Part shown: piece by piece, positions 1 through 12,935 of the stretch
Position numbering within the stretch: position 1 is the stretch's first letter
How the letters are laid out: each line of letters begins with the position of its first letter
NCBI RefSeq assembly: GCF_963921235.1
Contig: NC_086097.1
Location: forward strand, 244,158,001 to 244,222,000
Length of the DNA: 64,000 nt
Reading direction: 5' to 3'
DNA from: Mobula hypostoma
Lineage: Eukaryota
Position numbers and translations under genes: made by a program
The notes under the pieces: model-generated
What the model was told of the DNA's origin: nothing
What the model saw: the letters and a program-made list of their open reading frames with translations, nothing else
Database searches by the model: none

Positions 1-249
1 TCAATTGTTTTTTTAATTTATTTTGGAATATTGTTTCAAAAGAGCTGATGTGGTTATGAAAACTGCTCACTGATAACTGTTGCGACTTGCTGTGTGTGAA
101 GCCACAATAAATACAAAAGATGGTCATTAATCTGGGTGTTTCATAGTTTGTTGTTATGTCAGTTTGACATCCAGACTTTGCTGTTTTCTTTGTAAGCCAG
201 TATTCTTTGTGAAGCCATGAGCACTTAGCTTTCAGATAGATCAGATCAA

Positions 250-980
250 ATGTTCAGAGGAATGGCAGATGGAATTTAATGCAGAGAAGTGTGAGGTTTC
301 GCACTTTGGGAGGATAAACCAGGACTTACACAGTGACTGGAAGATCAGGGAGATCTGGTATAGAGATCCATAATTGGGGGAGATCTCAATGAAATCAATT
401 GAAAATTGAAAGACCTTGATAGAGTCGATGTAGAGTACATGGATATAGAGGGGAAAGTCTAGGACAAGAGGGCACAGACTCAGAATAGACAGACGTCCTT
501 TTGTGACAGAGATGAGGATGAACTTCTTTAGCCAGATGGTGCTAAATCTGTGGAATTCATTGCCACAGATAGCTAGAAAGGCCAAGTCATTGGGTATATT
601 TGAAGTAGAGGTCAGAAGTTTCTTGATTAGTTAGGATGTCAAAGGTATAATACATCGGCCATGATGGAATTGCAGAGCAGGTTCAATGGGCCAAATGGCC
701 TAATTCTGCTCCTATGCATTATGGTCTTATTGCCTAATGATTCCCTGAGACTGGTGTGCCAGGTTGATAGGTGGTAAGGAGAGCCTTTTGCACATGAGCC
801 TTCGTAAGTCCGAATTGTGTGCACAGGAGTTGGGATGTTATGTTGTATAAGACTTTGGTGAGACCAAATTTGAAGTATTGTCTGCTGTTCCTGGCAGCTA
901 CCTACAGGAAAGATATCAATGAGATTGAAAGAGTACAGCTAAAATTTATGAGAATGTTGCTGGGAATCGATGTTCTGAGT
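250..980 (+). mobile_element. Degenerate CR1 LINE 3' fragments
   Basis: Remnants of the CR1 ORF2 C-terminus (tggcagatggaatttaatgcagagaagtgtgaggt = WQMEFNAEKCEV) and a typical 3' UTR. Confidence 0.75.
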
Positions 981-1320
981 TATATATAAATCCTGGGTGC
1001 CTAAGACTTTTGCACAGTACTGTATTTGTCAACGTGGAGAGGAGAACAAGTTTGTAAATCTGGCAGGAGCAAAGTTTGTTGGAAATGGCGAGGGTGTAGC
1101 ATTGCAAGAGGGGTGTGGGATAGGTGGCAGAGAAGTGCCAGGGCAGTGAGTGGTGGTGTGGGTGCAGACACACCCAGGCCTGAGACATGAGGTCATTTTT
1201 TTTAGATTATGAGAACACTCAGTCCTCTTTTATTGTTATTTAGAAATGCATACATGCTTTAAGAAATGATACAATGTTTCTCCGGTGTGATATCACAGAA
1301 AACAGGACAAACCAAAGACT

Positions 1321-2759
1321 AAGCAACACACATCAAAGTTGCTGGTGAACGCAGCAGGCCAGGCAGCATCTATAGGAAGAGGCGCAGTCGACGTTTCAGG
1401 CCGAGACCCTTCGTCAGGACTAACTGAAGGAAGAGTGAGTAAGGGATTTGAAAGCTGGAGGGGGAGGGGGAGATGCAAAATGATAGGAGAAGACAGGAGG
1501 GGGAGGGATAGAGCCGAGAGCTGGACAGGTGATAGGCAAAAGGGGATACGAGAGGATCATGGGACAGGAGGTCTGGGAAGAAAGACGGGGGGGGGGTGAC
1601 CCAGAGGATGGGCAAGACGTATATTCAGAGGGACAGAGGGAGAAAAAGGAGAGTGAGAGAAAGAATGTGTGCATAAAAATGAGTAACAGCTGGGGTACGA
1701 GGGGGAGGTGGGGCCTAGCGGAAGTTAGAGAAGTCAATGTTCATGCCATCAGGTTGGAGGCTACCCAGACGGAATATAAGGTGTTGTTCCTCCAACCTGA
1801 GTGTGGCTTCATCTTTACAGTAGAGGAGGCCGTGGATAGACATGTCAGAATGGGAATGGGATGTGGAATTAAAATGTGTGGCCACTGGGAGATCCTGCTT
1901 TCTCTGGCGGACAGAGCGTAGATGTTCAGCAAAGCGGTCTCCCAGTCTGCGTCGGGTCTCACCAATATATAAAAGGCCACATCGGGAGCACCGGACGCAG
2001 GACAGGTGAGGCATCACTTCACCTGTGAGTCGACTGGGGTGATATACTGCGTCCGGTGCTCCCGATGTGGCCTTTTATATATTGGTGAGACCCGATGCAG
2101 ACTGGGAGACCGCTTTGCTGAACATCTACGCTCTGTCCGCCAGAGAAAGCAGGATCTCCCAGTGGCCACACATTTTAATTCCACATCCCATTCCCATTCT
2201 GACATGTCTATCCACGGCCTCCTCTACTGTAAAGATGAAGCCACACTCAGGTTGGAGGAACAACACCTTATATTCCGTCTGGGTAGCCTCCAACCTGATG
2301 GCATGAACATTGACTTCTCTAACTTCCGCTAGGCCCCACCTCCCCCTCGTACCCCAGCTGTTACTCATTTTTATGCTCACATTCTTTCTCTCACTCTCCT
2401 TTTTCTCCCTCTGTCCCTCTGAATATACGTCTTGCCCATCCTCTGGGTCACCCCCCCCCGTCTTTCTTCCCGGACCTCCTGTCCCATGATCCTCTCGTAT
2501 CCCCTTTTGCCTATCACCTGTCCAGCTCTTGGCTCTATCCCTCCCCCTCCTGTCTTCTCCTATCATTTTGCATCTCCCCCTCCCCCTCCAGCTTTCAAAT
2601 CCCTTACTCACTCTTCCTTCAGTTAGTCCTGACGAAGGGTCTCGGCCTGAAACGTCGACTGCGCCTCTTCCTATAGATGCTGCTTGGCCTGCTGTGTTCA
2701 CCAGCAACTTTGATGTGTGTTGCTTGAATTTCCAGCATCTGCAGAATTCCTGTTGTTTG
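1321..2759 (+). mobile_element. Penelope-like element 3' end (GIY-YIG endonuclease C-terminus + pseudo-LTR) with 5' inverted duplication
   Basis: ORF 2006..2332 GVIYCVRCSRCGLLYIGETR...RFAEH...LEEQHLIFRLGSLQPDGMN is a PLE GIY-YIG domain. Arms 1321-2000 and 2047-2725 are inverted copies. TSD aaaccaaagactaa. Confidence 0.92.
2624..2661 (+). ncRNA. Minimal type I hammerhead ribozyme motif in PLE pseudo-LTR (mirror copy on - strand at ~1385-1422)
   Basis: agtc-CTGACGA-a-gggt(ctcg)gcct-GAAA-cGTC^gact. It has the conserved core boxes, stem I agtc/gact, stem II, a palindromic ACGT minimal stem III and a GUC cleavage triplet. Confidence 0.75.
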
Positions 2760-5576
2760 AAACCAAAGACTAACACTGACAGAACCACATAATTATAACA
2801 TATAGTTACAGCAGTGCAAAGCAATACCATAATTTGATGAAAAACAAACCATGGGTACTGTAAAAAAAGTCTCAAAGTCCCCGAGTCCCCGATAGCAGGC
2901 GGCAAAAGGGAGAAACTCCCAGCCATAAACCTCCACGCACCATCAACTTGTCGATGCCTTGGAAACAGCCGACTACAGCCGACACCGAGTCCGTCCGTCC
3001 GAAAACTTTGAGCCTCTGACCAGCCCCTCCGATACAGCCTCCCAAGCGCCATCCTCTGCCGAGCGCCTTCGACCTCGCCCCGGCCGCTGAAACAAGCAAA
3101 GCCGAGGATTCGGGGCCTTCTGCTCCGGACATTCCAGTTACCACACAGTAGCAGCAGCAGCGAAGCGGGCATTTCAGAGGTTTTTCAGATGTTCCTCTGT
3201 GCTCTCACGTCCATCTCCATCAAATCAGGATTGTGCACGGTCCCCTACTTGACAGATAACAGATATTCATTACCGGAGCGGCCGCGCACGCTGCCCTCGC
3301 GCCACCATCTTCTCCTCCTCCACTAAACAATTGGTTTAGTGATCATTACAGAATGTCTCTCTGGTGCTTCCTGCTCCCCCCACCTTCCCCTTTTCCCAAC
3401 CATGATCCCCTCTCCCTGCCCCTTTCCCAATCTCAGTCCACAATAGAGACCCATATCGGAATCTAATTTATCATAACTCACATATATCATGAAATTTGTT
3501 TTTATTTCTAGCGGCAACAGTACAGTGCAATACATAAAATTACTGCAGTACTGAGCAAAGGTCTTAGGCACCGTTGCTATATATACTGTATATGTGTCTA
3601 AGACTTTTGCACAGTTGACATGGTCATTTGGTCACTTGGTCATTTAGCCAAGATTCCTGTTATTGTGTAACAGAAAGAGGTCCTTTGGTGACCACGCAGT
3701 ACATAGCTGTACTAATCTCATTTACCAGACTGGTCTGTGACCTGCTAAGCTTTGGTGATTTATACGTTCACCGTAATGGCAGCGTAGTATGGGTGACACG
3801 GTGGTATAACAGTTGGCATAAGGCTATTAAAATGCCAATCTACTGCCCTCACAGTGCATTGTGTACAAAGCTAGGTAGGGAGCTAAACACCTTCTCAAAA
3901 ATCACCCATGCTGGAAGCTTTCTTCAGGGTTTTTAATGAGAAAACATGTATGAAAAGATATTGCTGTTTCAAGGGCAAATAAAGAGTGGATAGAGGTGGA
4001 TGTCTTTCTACCATGTTTGCTCCAAGTCGGAATCTGAATTAACCCTTGCAGGAAATGATGTAAAAAGCAGCTTACAAACAGGAAGTGATGTTTGCAGAAA
4101 ATGAACAGCGCGTCAAGGCAGAGCAGCCAGCGATTGTGTTTCAATTCCCGCCGCTGTCTGTCAGGAGCTTGTCTTTCTTCCCATGACCATATGGATTTCT
4201 TCCAGCTGCTGCAGTTTCTGAGAGATACAAGTTATGGACCAGTGGACCGGTGGACCACTCTTAGTCAGGCCTCTCCCCTTTGACCTGTTTGGCACGGCGA
4301 CTTTACTAAGAGCCAAAGCACAAAGCCCTGACTCCAGCCAGCATAGCTCTCCAGGTGATTGAAGCATGCAAGCCTCCAAACCACAACAAAGTTCGGGGGC
4401 TCAGCTCAGGGCTAACAACACTGACTGGTCAAACAAAACTGTTACAGAAACAGCAATGAAGAATCCTTCTACATCTGAGTGTGACGGTATTCCTGAGTCT
4501 CCACCCAGGACGTGCATGACTGACGGTAAACCAAGAGGAAGCTACTGACACGTTGAAGGATGCTGTGTACGCCGCCAGAGATGGAGGACCTTCATTACTG
4601 CCCTAAACACCAGCAGCGTAACAAGCAAAAGAAGAAGAATGAGTTATGGTTAGTACGTTGAGGACAAGCTTCATCAATGCAAAAGCGTGGTGATACTTAC
4701 AGGCTGTCTCCAGCACAATCTCAGACTGTGTTGTTCGTTGACGCAAATGATGCATTTCACTGTATATTTCCATGTACATATGATAAATAAAGCTTATCTT
4801 TTTTTTAATTAAAAAACCTTTGATTGATTTTTTAAATCAAAAATGATTCTTCAATTTCATGAGAGCACTTGGCTCCACCACCTTCCCAGGCAGTGTGTTC
4901 CAGATCACATCAACCCTCTGGGTGAAAATATTCTTCCTCAGATTCTCCTAAACTTTGTACTTCTCGCCTTAATTGTACACCTCCTGATCTTAGGCACCAC
5001 CATAGTGGGGAATGGTTTCTGATTATCCACCATATCTGTCTCCTTATTTTGCTTGTACAGTATTTGAGTTTTCTTGAGAATTTTTATTGGTTGAATGAGC
5101 TAGGGCTTTTCTCTTTGGAGCAGAGGAGGACTTGACAGAGATATATAAGATGATAAGAGGCATTGATAGAGTGGACAGCCGGACTATTTCCCAGGGTAGC
5201 AATGGCTAATACGAGGGGAATAATTATTAGGTTATTGGAGGAAAGTATAGGGGGGATGTCAGAGGTAGGCTTTTACAGAGAGTGGTGGGAGCATGAAACA
5301 CGCTGCCAGGAGTGGTGGTAGAGGCAGATACATAACACTTAAGAGACTTAGAGAGGCACAAGGATGATAGGAAAATGGAGGTGTATGTAGAAGGGAAGGG
5401 TTAGATTGATCTTGTGGTAGGTTAAAATGTTGATGCAGCATCGTAGGTCAAAGGGCCTGAATTGTACTGTAGTCCATGTTCTATGTTCTTCAAATCTAAC
5501 TTTGGATGACAAGTGCAATGTGAAATTTCAGCTGCAAAGAGATAATATATTGATTTTTTACCATTTTCCTTTACAG

Positions 5577-5614
5577 TTGACCTGTTCCCAGGACAGTCTA
5601 TACGTGGAAAACGG
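5577..5614 (+). CDS. ARPP21: ARPP21 internal coding exon (38 nt; LTCSQDSLYVENG)
   Basis: Polypyrimidine tract plus ttacag acceptor and GG|gtaagc donor. The peptide resembles human ARPP21 SVCSQESLFVENS (recalled). Its phase 2 joins the next exon in frame. Confidence 0.85.
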
Positions 5615-6619
5615 GTAAGCATTTTTTTTTTCCTTAAGTCATAAACAATCACATGTATTTTGGTTATCAGGACCCACATCTCTACCATCGCTGTAGGACT
5701 TGTATGTGGCCAGGACAAAGAAACAGGCAGGAAAAATTATTGTGGACACCACCCAAGCTGCCTATCCCAAAAGCTCCCTTCTGGGAAGCACTGTAGGGCT
5801 ATTAAAACAAAAGCTTCACACTATCTTAAAAGTTTCTTTCCCCAGAGATTTAATCTGATCAACCATTCTGCTTAGCCCCTCCCTGCCCCTTCTATCTACT
5901 GTCCCTATCACTGCACTGTAAACACTTTTAACCACTTTCTATAATGCTGTTTACATTGAAAATATATGCTGGTATTTATGTATTTATGCACACTTTTTTC
6001 TATATCTGTACTTTAACCTCATAACTTATTTTTGTATAAGTCTTTATTCTTTAACATTTTTAAATAATATTGTTTTATATTGCATGTCGTACCCTGACCA
6101 ACACACTACAGCAAATTCCTGATCCTTGTTGTTTACAGCAAATGAGCTTTTCATCTCATTGAAGTTTCCAACAGTGATGAATATTTGAACTACTAACAAT
6201 TTTTCAGAGAAAAGTGATGGTTTCACCTGGACTCCAATGCACCCAAAGCGCTATTGGTCACAGCCACTTTATTCATCAATATCCAATCAAATGCAGCCAA
6301 GAAGTGTGTTTGGGATAACTGCCAGGTGCTTGAGTTTTAACTTGTATCGGTGGAAGGGAATTCTTGGGGTAGGTAAACAGGTGGAATCCAGAGTAGGTAA
6401 ACTTCAGCTCTTCTTGTGGCTCCCAAGTGAACACCTGCTCTTTGTGACCCCACAATGGGAAGTATAAAACATATACCATTATAGCACAGTACAAGCCCTT
6501 CAGCCCACAATATTGTACCTATACTATGATCAATCCAACCCTTCCCTCTGACTTAGTTCTCCTTCTTTCTATCATCCACGTGACTATCTAAGAAACTCTT
6601 AAATGTCCCTAATGTATCT

Positions 6620-7065
6620 GCAGGCTGGAGATATGTTTCTACCAAAGGAGGTGTAAGGCATTTCTTCCCTCCACTAGCCTGTAGGTCTCCCTTGGGCAAG
6701 TTGTAGCACCTGCTTAGCCACCCCCCACCCCCCGATCAGAGTCATATGAAGCCATAGGAGCAGGTGGTGGATGGTCATATGAGCAGCTGGTGCATATCAT
6801 GTCCTGGTTATGCGAACACTGATGCCAGGCAGATGGTCTCTGAAGAGTATTGATAATGGCTGGGGCCACCCGTCTTGTAAAGACACTGCCCAAGAGGCCG
6901 CAAAGGCAAACCACTTCTGTAGAAAAATTTGCCAAGAGCAGTCTTGGTCTTGGAGTAAGGAAGCATAAGTTCTCCTTCCCTCCAGTAGCCTGGAGGTCAC
7001 CCTTGGGCAAGATGTAAAGACCATGATTGTCCATAATCATATGACACGGAACATAACGAACGAAT
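6620..7065 (+). mobile_element. SINE-like repeat with RTE/BovB-like 3' tail (other copies ~10560-10940 + and ~38243-38627 -)
   Basis: Three similar copies in the window. The tail (a)ggcaatggcaaaccacttctgtagaaaaatttgccaag resembles RTE 3' ends. The 38243 copy ends in (ATG)n. Confidence 0.6.
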
Positions 7066-9544
7066 GTAAGTGCCTCTACCATCACTCCAGACAGGGCGTT
7101 CCATGCAATCACCACTGTCTGAGTAAAAATCCTACCTCTAACATTCTCCCTATAATTTCCTTCGATCACCTTAAAAATGGCGATCAAGAAGCAAGAACAT
7201 TTTACTTCAAAGTTAGACAATCCAGTGTTAAGTCCAGAAAGCTGTGGCGCACCCAGGTGGAAGATGAGGTACTTTTGTTTGAACTCATGTTGCATTTCAC
7301 CATAACAGTACCCGAATACACAGATTAGAATGCAAGCAGAATGGTGAGTTGAAATGGCAGTCATCTGGAATTGCATAACGTGACCTCACAAACCATGTCA
7401 GTGCAGAACACCAACAAACATCCATACAGTGCCATGTGTTCAGAACTACATCAGCCACAAATTACACATGGCATCTAAAACTTTGACAACCTTCTACAGA
7501 TGCGTAGTGGAGAGTATATTGGCTGGCTGCATCACAGCCTGGTGCAAACACCAATGCCCTTGAAAGGAAAGTCCTACAGAAAGTGGTGGATACAGCCCAA
7601 TTCATCATGGGGAAAGCTCTCCCCACCACTGAGCACATCTACATGAAACACTGCTGCAGGAAAGCAGCATTCTTCATCAGGGACCCCCACCACCCAGGAC
7701 ATATAGTACTCTCTTCTTGCTGCTACCATCAGGAAGAAGATGCAGGAGCCTCAGGGTTCACAACAACGGGTTCAGGAACGGTTATTACCCCTCAACCATC
7801 AGGCTGTTGAACCAGAGGAGATAACTTCACTTTTCCCCATCACTGAAATGTTCCCACAACCTATGGACTCCTCTTCAAGGACTCTCCATTTCATGTTTTC
7901 CACATTTATTGCTTATTTATTTACTTATTATTATTTCTTTCTTTTTGTATTTTACTGATTGTTGTCTTCTGTACTCAGGTTAAACTCCCAGGTGAATGGT
8001 CTTTCATTGATTTCGTGTTGGTTATTACTCTATTATGCATTTATTGGGTATGCCCGCAAGAAAATGAATCTCAGGGTTGTATATGGTGACATATATGTAC
8101 TTTGGTAGTAAACTTACTTTGAATATAGTTTTAAAATCCTCTGCCTTGGGGAAAAAGGTTGTAAACATTCCACCTTATCGATGTGCTCCATGATTTTATA
8201 TATTGCTGTAACTTCTCCCACACTCCAGGGAGAGATGTCCCAGCCTATTTCTGCACCATTTCCAGCTTAAAGGTATCCTTCCTGTAGCCAGGCAACCAGA
8301 ACTGCACACATTAATCCTAAGTGTGATCTCACTAATATCTTTTATAATTCAAGACTCAAGTTTGTTTAATGTCATTTCCAGTATACAAGTGTAAAGGAGA
8401 ATAAAGTAATTGTTACTCCCAATCAGATGCCGCACAAAAAAACACAATGAGATAAAGAACAGAATAATAAACAAACACAATAAAAATATAATACAGAGAA
8501 TAGCCTTTATAGATAAGATTGATTGTATGTCCATAAAGTGACGCTAGATACAGGAATATCTGTACATAAGGTGACAGACAGGACATGATAAAGTAGTGGT
8601 GGTTGGGGGATGTGGAGGGGTGGGTTAGAGAGTGGAGGTGTTGATCAGCTTCATTATTTAGGGAAAGTCACTGTTTTTGAGTCTGGTGGTCCCGGCGTGG
8701 ATGCTCCGTAGTCTCCTCCCTGATGGGAGTGGGGCAAACTGTCCATGAGCAGGGTGGGTGGGATCCTTCATGATGTTACTTGCCTTTTTTCCAGTACTGT
8801 TCTGTATATATGTCTTTGATGATGGGTAGGCTGGTGCGGGCGTTGCGTTAGTCAGTTTAGACTACGCGCTGTAACGCCTTCCAATCTGCCGCGGTGCAGT
8901 TTCTGTACCGTGCAGTGGTAGCGTGCTGATGTCCAAACTCGCAGCCCTGAGCAATGAAGGAAAATGTTCAAAGTTCCATCTACAGTGCCCTGTCTGCCTG
9001 TGTTGCCGCTCTCAGAGAAGTGTGTACCTGTTCCCCCAGGTCTCAGTTCTACGAGGGTGCCGTGGTAGCGTAGTGCTCAGCATGATGCCACTACAGCTCA
9101 GTGTTTCAGAGTTCAATCCGGGGTCATCTGTACGTCCTCCGCGTGGAATGCATGGGCTTTCCCTGGGTACTTCGGTTTCCTCACACAGTCCAAAGATGCA
9201 CTGGATAGGTTGTTTGGTCACTGTAAATTGTCTCATGATTAGGTTAGGGTTAAATCGGGGGTTGCTGGGGCGGAGTGGTTCAAATGGCCAGAAGGCCCCA
9301 TTACCTGCTTCATAGCCAAATAAATAAATGCATACATATATACAAACAACATTCTCCAGGGCCCTACCTCTTACTGCGTAAATGCTGCCCTGAGTTAACT
9401 TAGCAAAATGCAATATCTCATTCTTGTCCGACTTAAATTCCATTTGCTGTTCCTTGGTCTGTTTCCCCCTTCATCTACTTCCTCTTGTAGTCTGCGATAA
9501 CCTCTTCATTGTCCACTTCACCATCAAGCTAGTGACATCTGCCA

Positions 9545-9590
9545 CTGTAGACACAAGGGATTCTGCAGATGATGGAAATCTTGAGCATCT

Positions 9591-9644
<54 letters not shown>

Positions 9645-10085
9645 GATGCTGGAGGAACTCAGCAGGTCAGGCAGCATCAATAGAGAGAAATAAACAGTCA
9701 ATGTTTTGGACCAACCCTTCATCAGGTCTGGAAAGGAAGGGAGCAGTAAGAGGGTGGGGAAGGGGAAAGAATATAAACTAGGCGATAAGTAAGACAAGGC
9801 AAGGGAGAAGGGAGAAGGGAAAAGTGCCAGGAGGAAGATCAGTGGTGAGGAACGAGTGGTTGGGATAGTCGTGTAGAAAGCAATCCCTATGGAAAGCAGA
9901 GGGTTGTCGGAGAGAAACGTGTATAGTGGGAGGATCCCACTGCAGATGGCAGAAGATACGGAGAATGATGTGCTGGGTACAGAGGCTGGTGGAGTGATAG
10001 GTAAGGACAACGTGAACTGTTATGATGGCAGGAGGATGGGACGTGGGTACATGCGTGGCAAATGGAGGTGAGGCAGGTGAGGGCA
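9545..10085 (-). mobile_element. Degenerate Penelope-like element fragments including (CA)n expansion
   Basis: Minus-strand pLTR end (gatgctggaggaactcagcaggtcaggcagcatc) plus RT-linker remnants. Confidence 0.65.
9593..9642. repeat. (CA)n microsatellite, about 25 units
   Basis: Directly visible. It is an expansion of the ACACACA motif of the PLE tail. Confidence 0.95.
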
Positions 10086-12689
10086 ACATAAAAATCTATG
10101 TTGGATCCACTTGTTAATAAATATCAGCTAATATTTTATTACTATTATTACTATCTTGGGAGAATTTGCGTGGAGTTAGACTGCTGTAAGTCAAATCTTT
10201 TATCACCGGTGTGTCTCTGTGCTGAGCGTTCTCCCGAGTATAAAGATTAGATTAGATTCAACTTTACTGTCATTGTGCCGAGTACAGATACAAAGCCAAT
10301 GAAATGCAGTTAGCATCTAACCAGAAATGCAAAGAATGATGTGATTTACAAAATAACTGAGAATAAAAAGTAAGTGCTACAGCACACAAATATAAAAGTA
10401 CTGAGACAGTACATGAGGGATGATCAATGTTTCAGGTCAAAACGCTACCTCAGCACCCTCCGTGAGTCAGGCTTGTCCCGAATTTGGAACCGATGTTGCT
10501 TAAGCAGCTCTCACATGTCAGATTAGCTATATTTATCACATGTACATCGAAATATTGGGTGTCAGGGTAGAGAAACATCTCTACCAAAGGAGGTGTAAAG
10601 CACAGCTTCCCTCTGCTAGACTGCAGGTCACACTTGGGCAAGGTGTAGCACCTGCTTAGCCCCCCCCCACCCCCGATCAGGGTCAAGTGAAGCTATAGGA
10701 GCAGGTGGTGAATGGTCGTATGAGCAGCTAGTGTATATCACTAGTCCTGGTTATGCAACCACTGATACAAGGCAGACAATCTCCGAAGAGTATTGATAAT
10801 AGCTGGGGTCACCTGTCTTGTAAAGACACTGCCCAGAAGAAGGCAATGGCAAACCACTTCTGTAGAAAAATTTGCCAAGAACAGTCATGGTCATGGAAAG
10901 ACCATGATCACCCACTTCATACGACGCAGCACATAATGTTGCCACGCTTGTGCCGCCAGCATTCTGGCACTAACATAGTCAGGTCTGGGCTTGCACAATA
11001 ACAGCTACTCCCAATGTATTCTCCCTGCCTAATAATGTTGTCATTTGACATTCCCCTCAGGCCTAACTTATTCTTCTTCAATAAATATCTTAAAAATTAT
11101 GGAGTTATAATCATTATTCCCAAAATGTCTCCCACTGAAATCCTGATCACTAGCGTAGATTAGTTTCCAATGCAAGATATAATATAATATGAACAGTCTT
11201 CCTTCTTGGATGCACCTAACAAAATCTGCTGCATCTAAGCATGCACCAAGTCAATACTGGGGAAGTTAAAGTAGCCCAGTACAATAATCCTGTTGCTTTT
11301 AGATTCCCGTAATCTATCTACATATCTGATCATCTGTCTCCCTTCTTCTTCTTAAACCCGTCACCTTTACTGGGGCACAGGCTGTCGACAGCAGCTCGCC
11401 AGAGTCCTCTGTCCTTGGCCAATCTTTCAAGCTGTCCGAAGGTGTAACCTATCTTCTTGGTGTTTCTTTCCTCTCCCAGGAATGAGCTCTTTGGAGCTTC
11501 TGCTGGTTTCTGGAGGACCGGGTTTTACACAATGGGGTTACTAACTCCATGCCCAATACTCCTCCTTTCACAGTCAGACTTGGGACCATCCATGGTGGAG
11601 CTCCAGAGGGTCTGCCACAGGTTCAGACAATTGTATGAGCATTAGGTCCCTCGCCTCCAGGTTCAGGGACAGTTATTACCCTTCAACCGTCAGGCTCCTG
11701 AACCAGTCTGGATAACTTCACTCACCTCAACATTGAACTGATTCCACAACCTACAGACTCAATTCCAACGACACTACAACTCATGTACTCAATTTTTTTT
11801 TCCACTGTTTGTCTTCTTTTGCACATTGGTTGTTTGTCAGTCTTTGTGTGTAGTTTTTCATTGATGGTATTGTGTTTCTTTGTTCTACTATGAGTGTCCA
11901 CAAGAAAATAAATCTCAGGGTGGTATATTGTGACTTTTTTTTGCAGTCATTCAGGAACATTCTGGAAAGTTGAGCTACCGGTCTGATACTCCCTCAGCCA
12001 AGTCTCCATAATGGCCCTAATACACCAATCCAGGCTCAAAGATCATCTGCCTAACTCTTAATATTCTTCGCATTGAAATTAACAGATCATCAATCCCACC
12101 TATTTGCTTAACATGGAACATGGAATAGTTCAGCACAGTACAGGCTCTTCGGCCCAAAATATTGTGCTGACCCCTTAACCTACTCTATGGTCAATCTAAG
12201 CCTTCCCTCATACATACCTATTTAAGACCCAACACCTCCTCTGGGGCATAGGCTACTGACATGAGCTCGCCAAAGTCCTCTACTTGGTTCAGTCTTTCAA
12301 GTTGTCCCCGGGCGTAGCCTGTCTTATTGGTGTACCCTTCCTCTCCCAGTGATGAGGTCTGTGGAACTTCTGTTGGTGTTTCTGTAGCTCTGGGTTTTTA
12401 CAGGATGGGGTTGCTAGCCCCATGCCCAACCCTTCTCCTTTCACAGCCGGGCTTGGGACCGTCCATGGTGGAGTTCCCACATAGCCCTCCATTTTTCTGT
12501 CATCCATACACCTATCTATGGGTCTCCTAAATGTCCTAATGTACCTGCCTCTACCATCACCCCTGCTGAGGCATTCAACACACACATCACTCTCTGTACG
12601 TACCTCTGACTTCTTCCCTATGCTCGTCTCCATCTCCTTTATAGATGTGTGTTGGAGAGTATATCGACTGGTTGCATCATAGCCTGGTA

Positions 12690-12935
12690 CTACTACTACG
12701 TTGAGTCGGGCCTAGGGGGCCGGCGTCAGGCACGATGACGGACTCTCCACTTCTCCCTCTCCCTCATCAGTGTGTTCAGTTCATCTACATTAGCCATGCT
12801 GCTGTCTTCTAGGAGCGTGTTAACCATAGTCTTGGGAGGGCGCCCAGAGTTCATCCTCCCATGCTTGGACTCCCATATGATGACTAGGCTGGCAGGTAGC
12901 TCCGGGTGGCGTAGACAGTGCCCCGCTCGTTGCAG
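12690..12935 (-). mobile_element. 5'-truncated RTE-clade LINE 3' end
   Basis: Minus-strand peptide AGHCLRHPELPASLVIIWESKHGRMNSGRPPKT...REKWR, a (TAG)n tail, and a 10-bp TSD tagcctggta at 12680-12689 and 12936-12945. Confidence 0.8.

Larger units (their letters stand above)
1199..3322 (-). mobile_element. Non-coding retroposon-like repeat (GC-rich 5' end, AATAAA near 3' end), itself interrupted by a Penelope-like element
   Basis: The sequence is continuous across the 14-bp TSD (1309-1322 / 2760-2773). The minus strand starts ggaggaggagaagatggtggcg and ends aataaaagaggactgagtgttctcataatct. Confidence 0.45.
985..3615. mobile_element. Non-autonomous DNA-transposon-like element (Tc1/mariner-like terminal motif), split by nested insertions at ~1199-3322
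   Basis: The motif gtgcctaagacttttgcacagtactg (997-1022) has its inverse at 3546-3571 and a further copy at ~3594-3615. Confidence 0.55.

Noticed and set aside
2126..3172. 348-aa minus-strand ORF, the longest in the track
   Set aside because: It is a chimera running antisense through the PLE arm and a non-coding repeat, with no recognisable domain.
6618..6725. HDV-like ribozyme at the 5' end of the RTE-tailed SINE
   Set aside because: A P1-like pairing (gcaggct/agcctg) exists, but I could not build a canonical P3/L3 and catalytic C junction by eye. It would need a structure-descriptor search.
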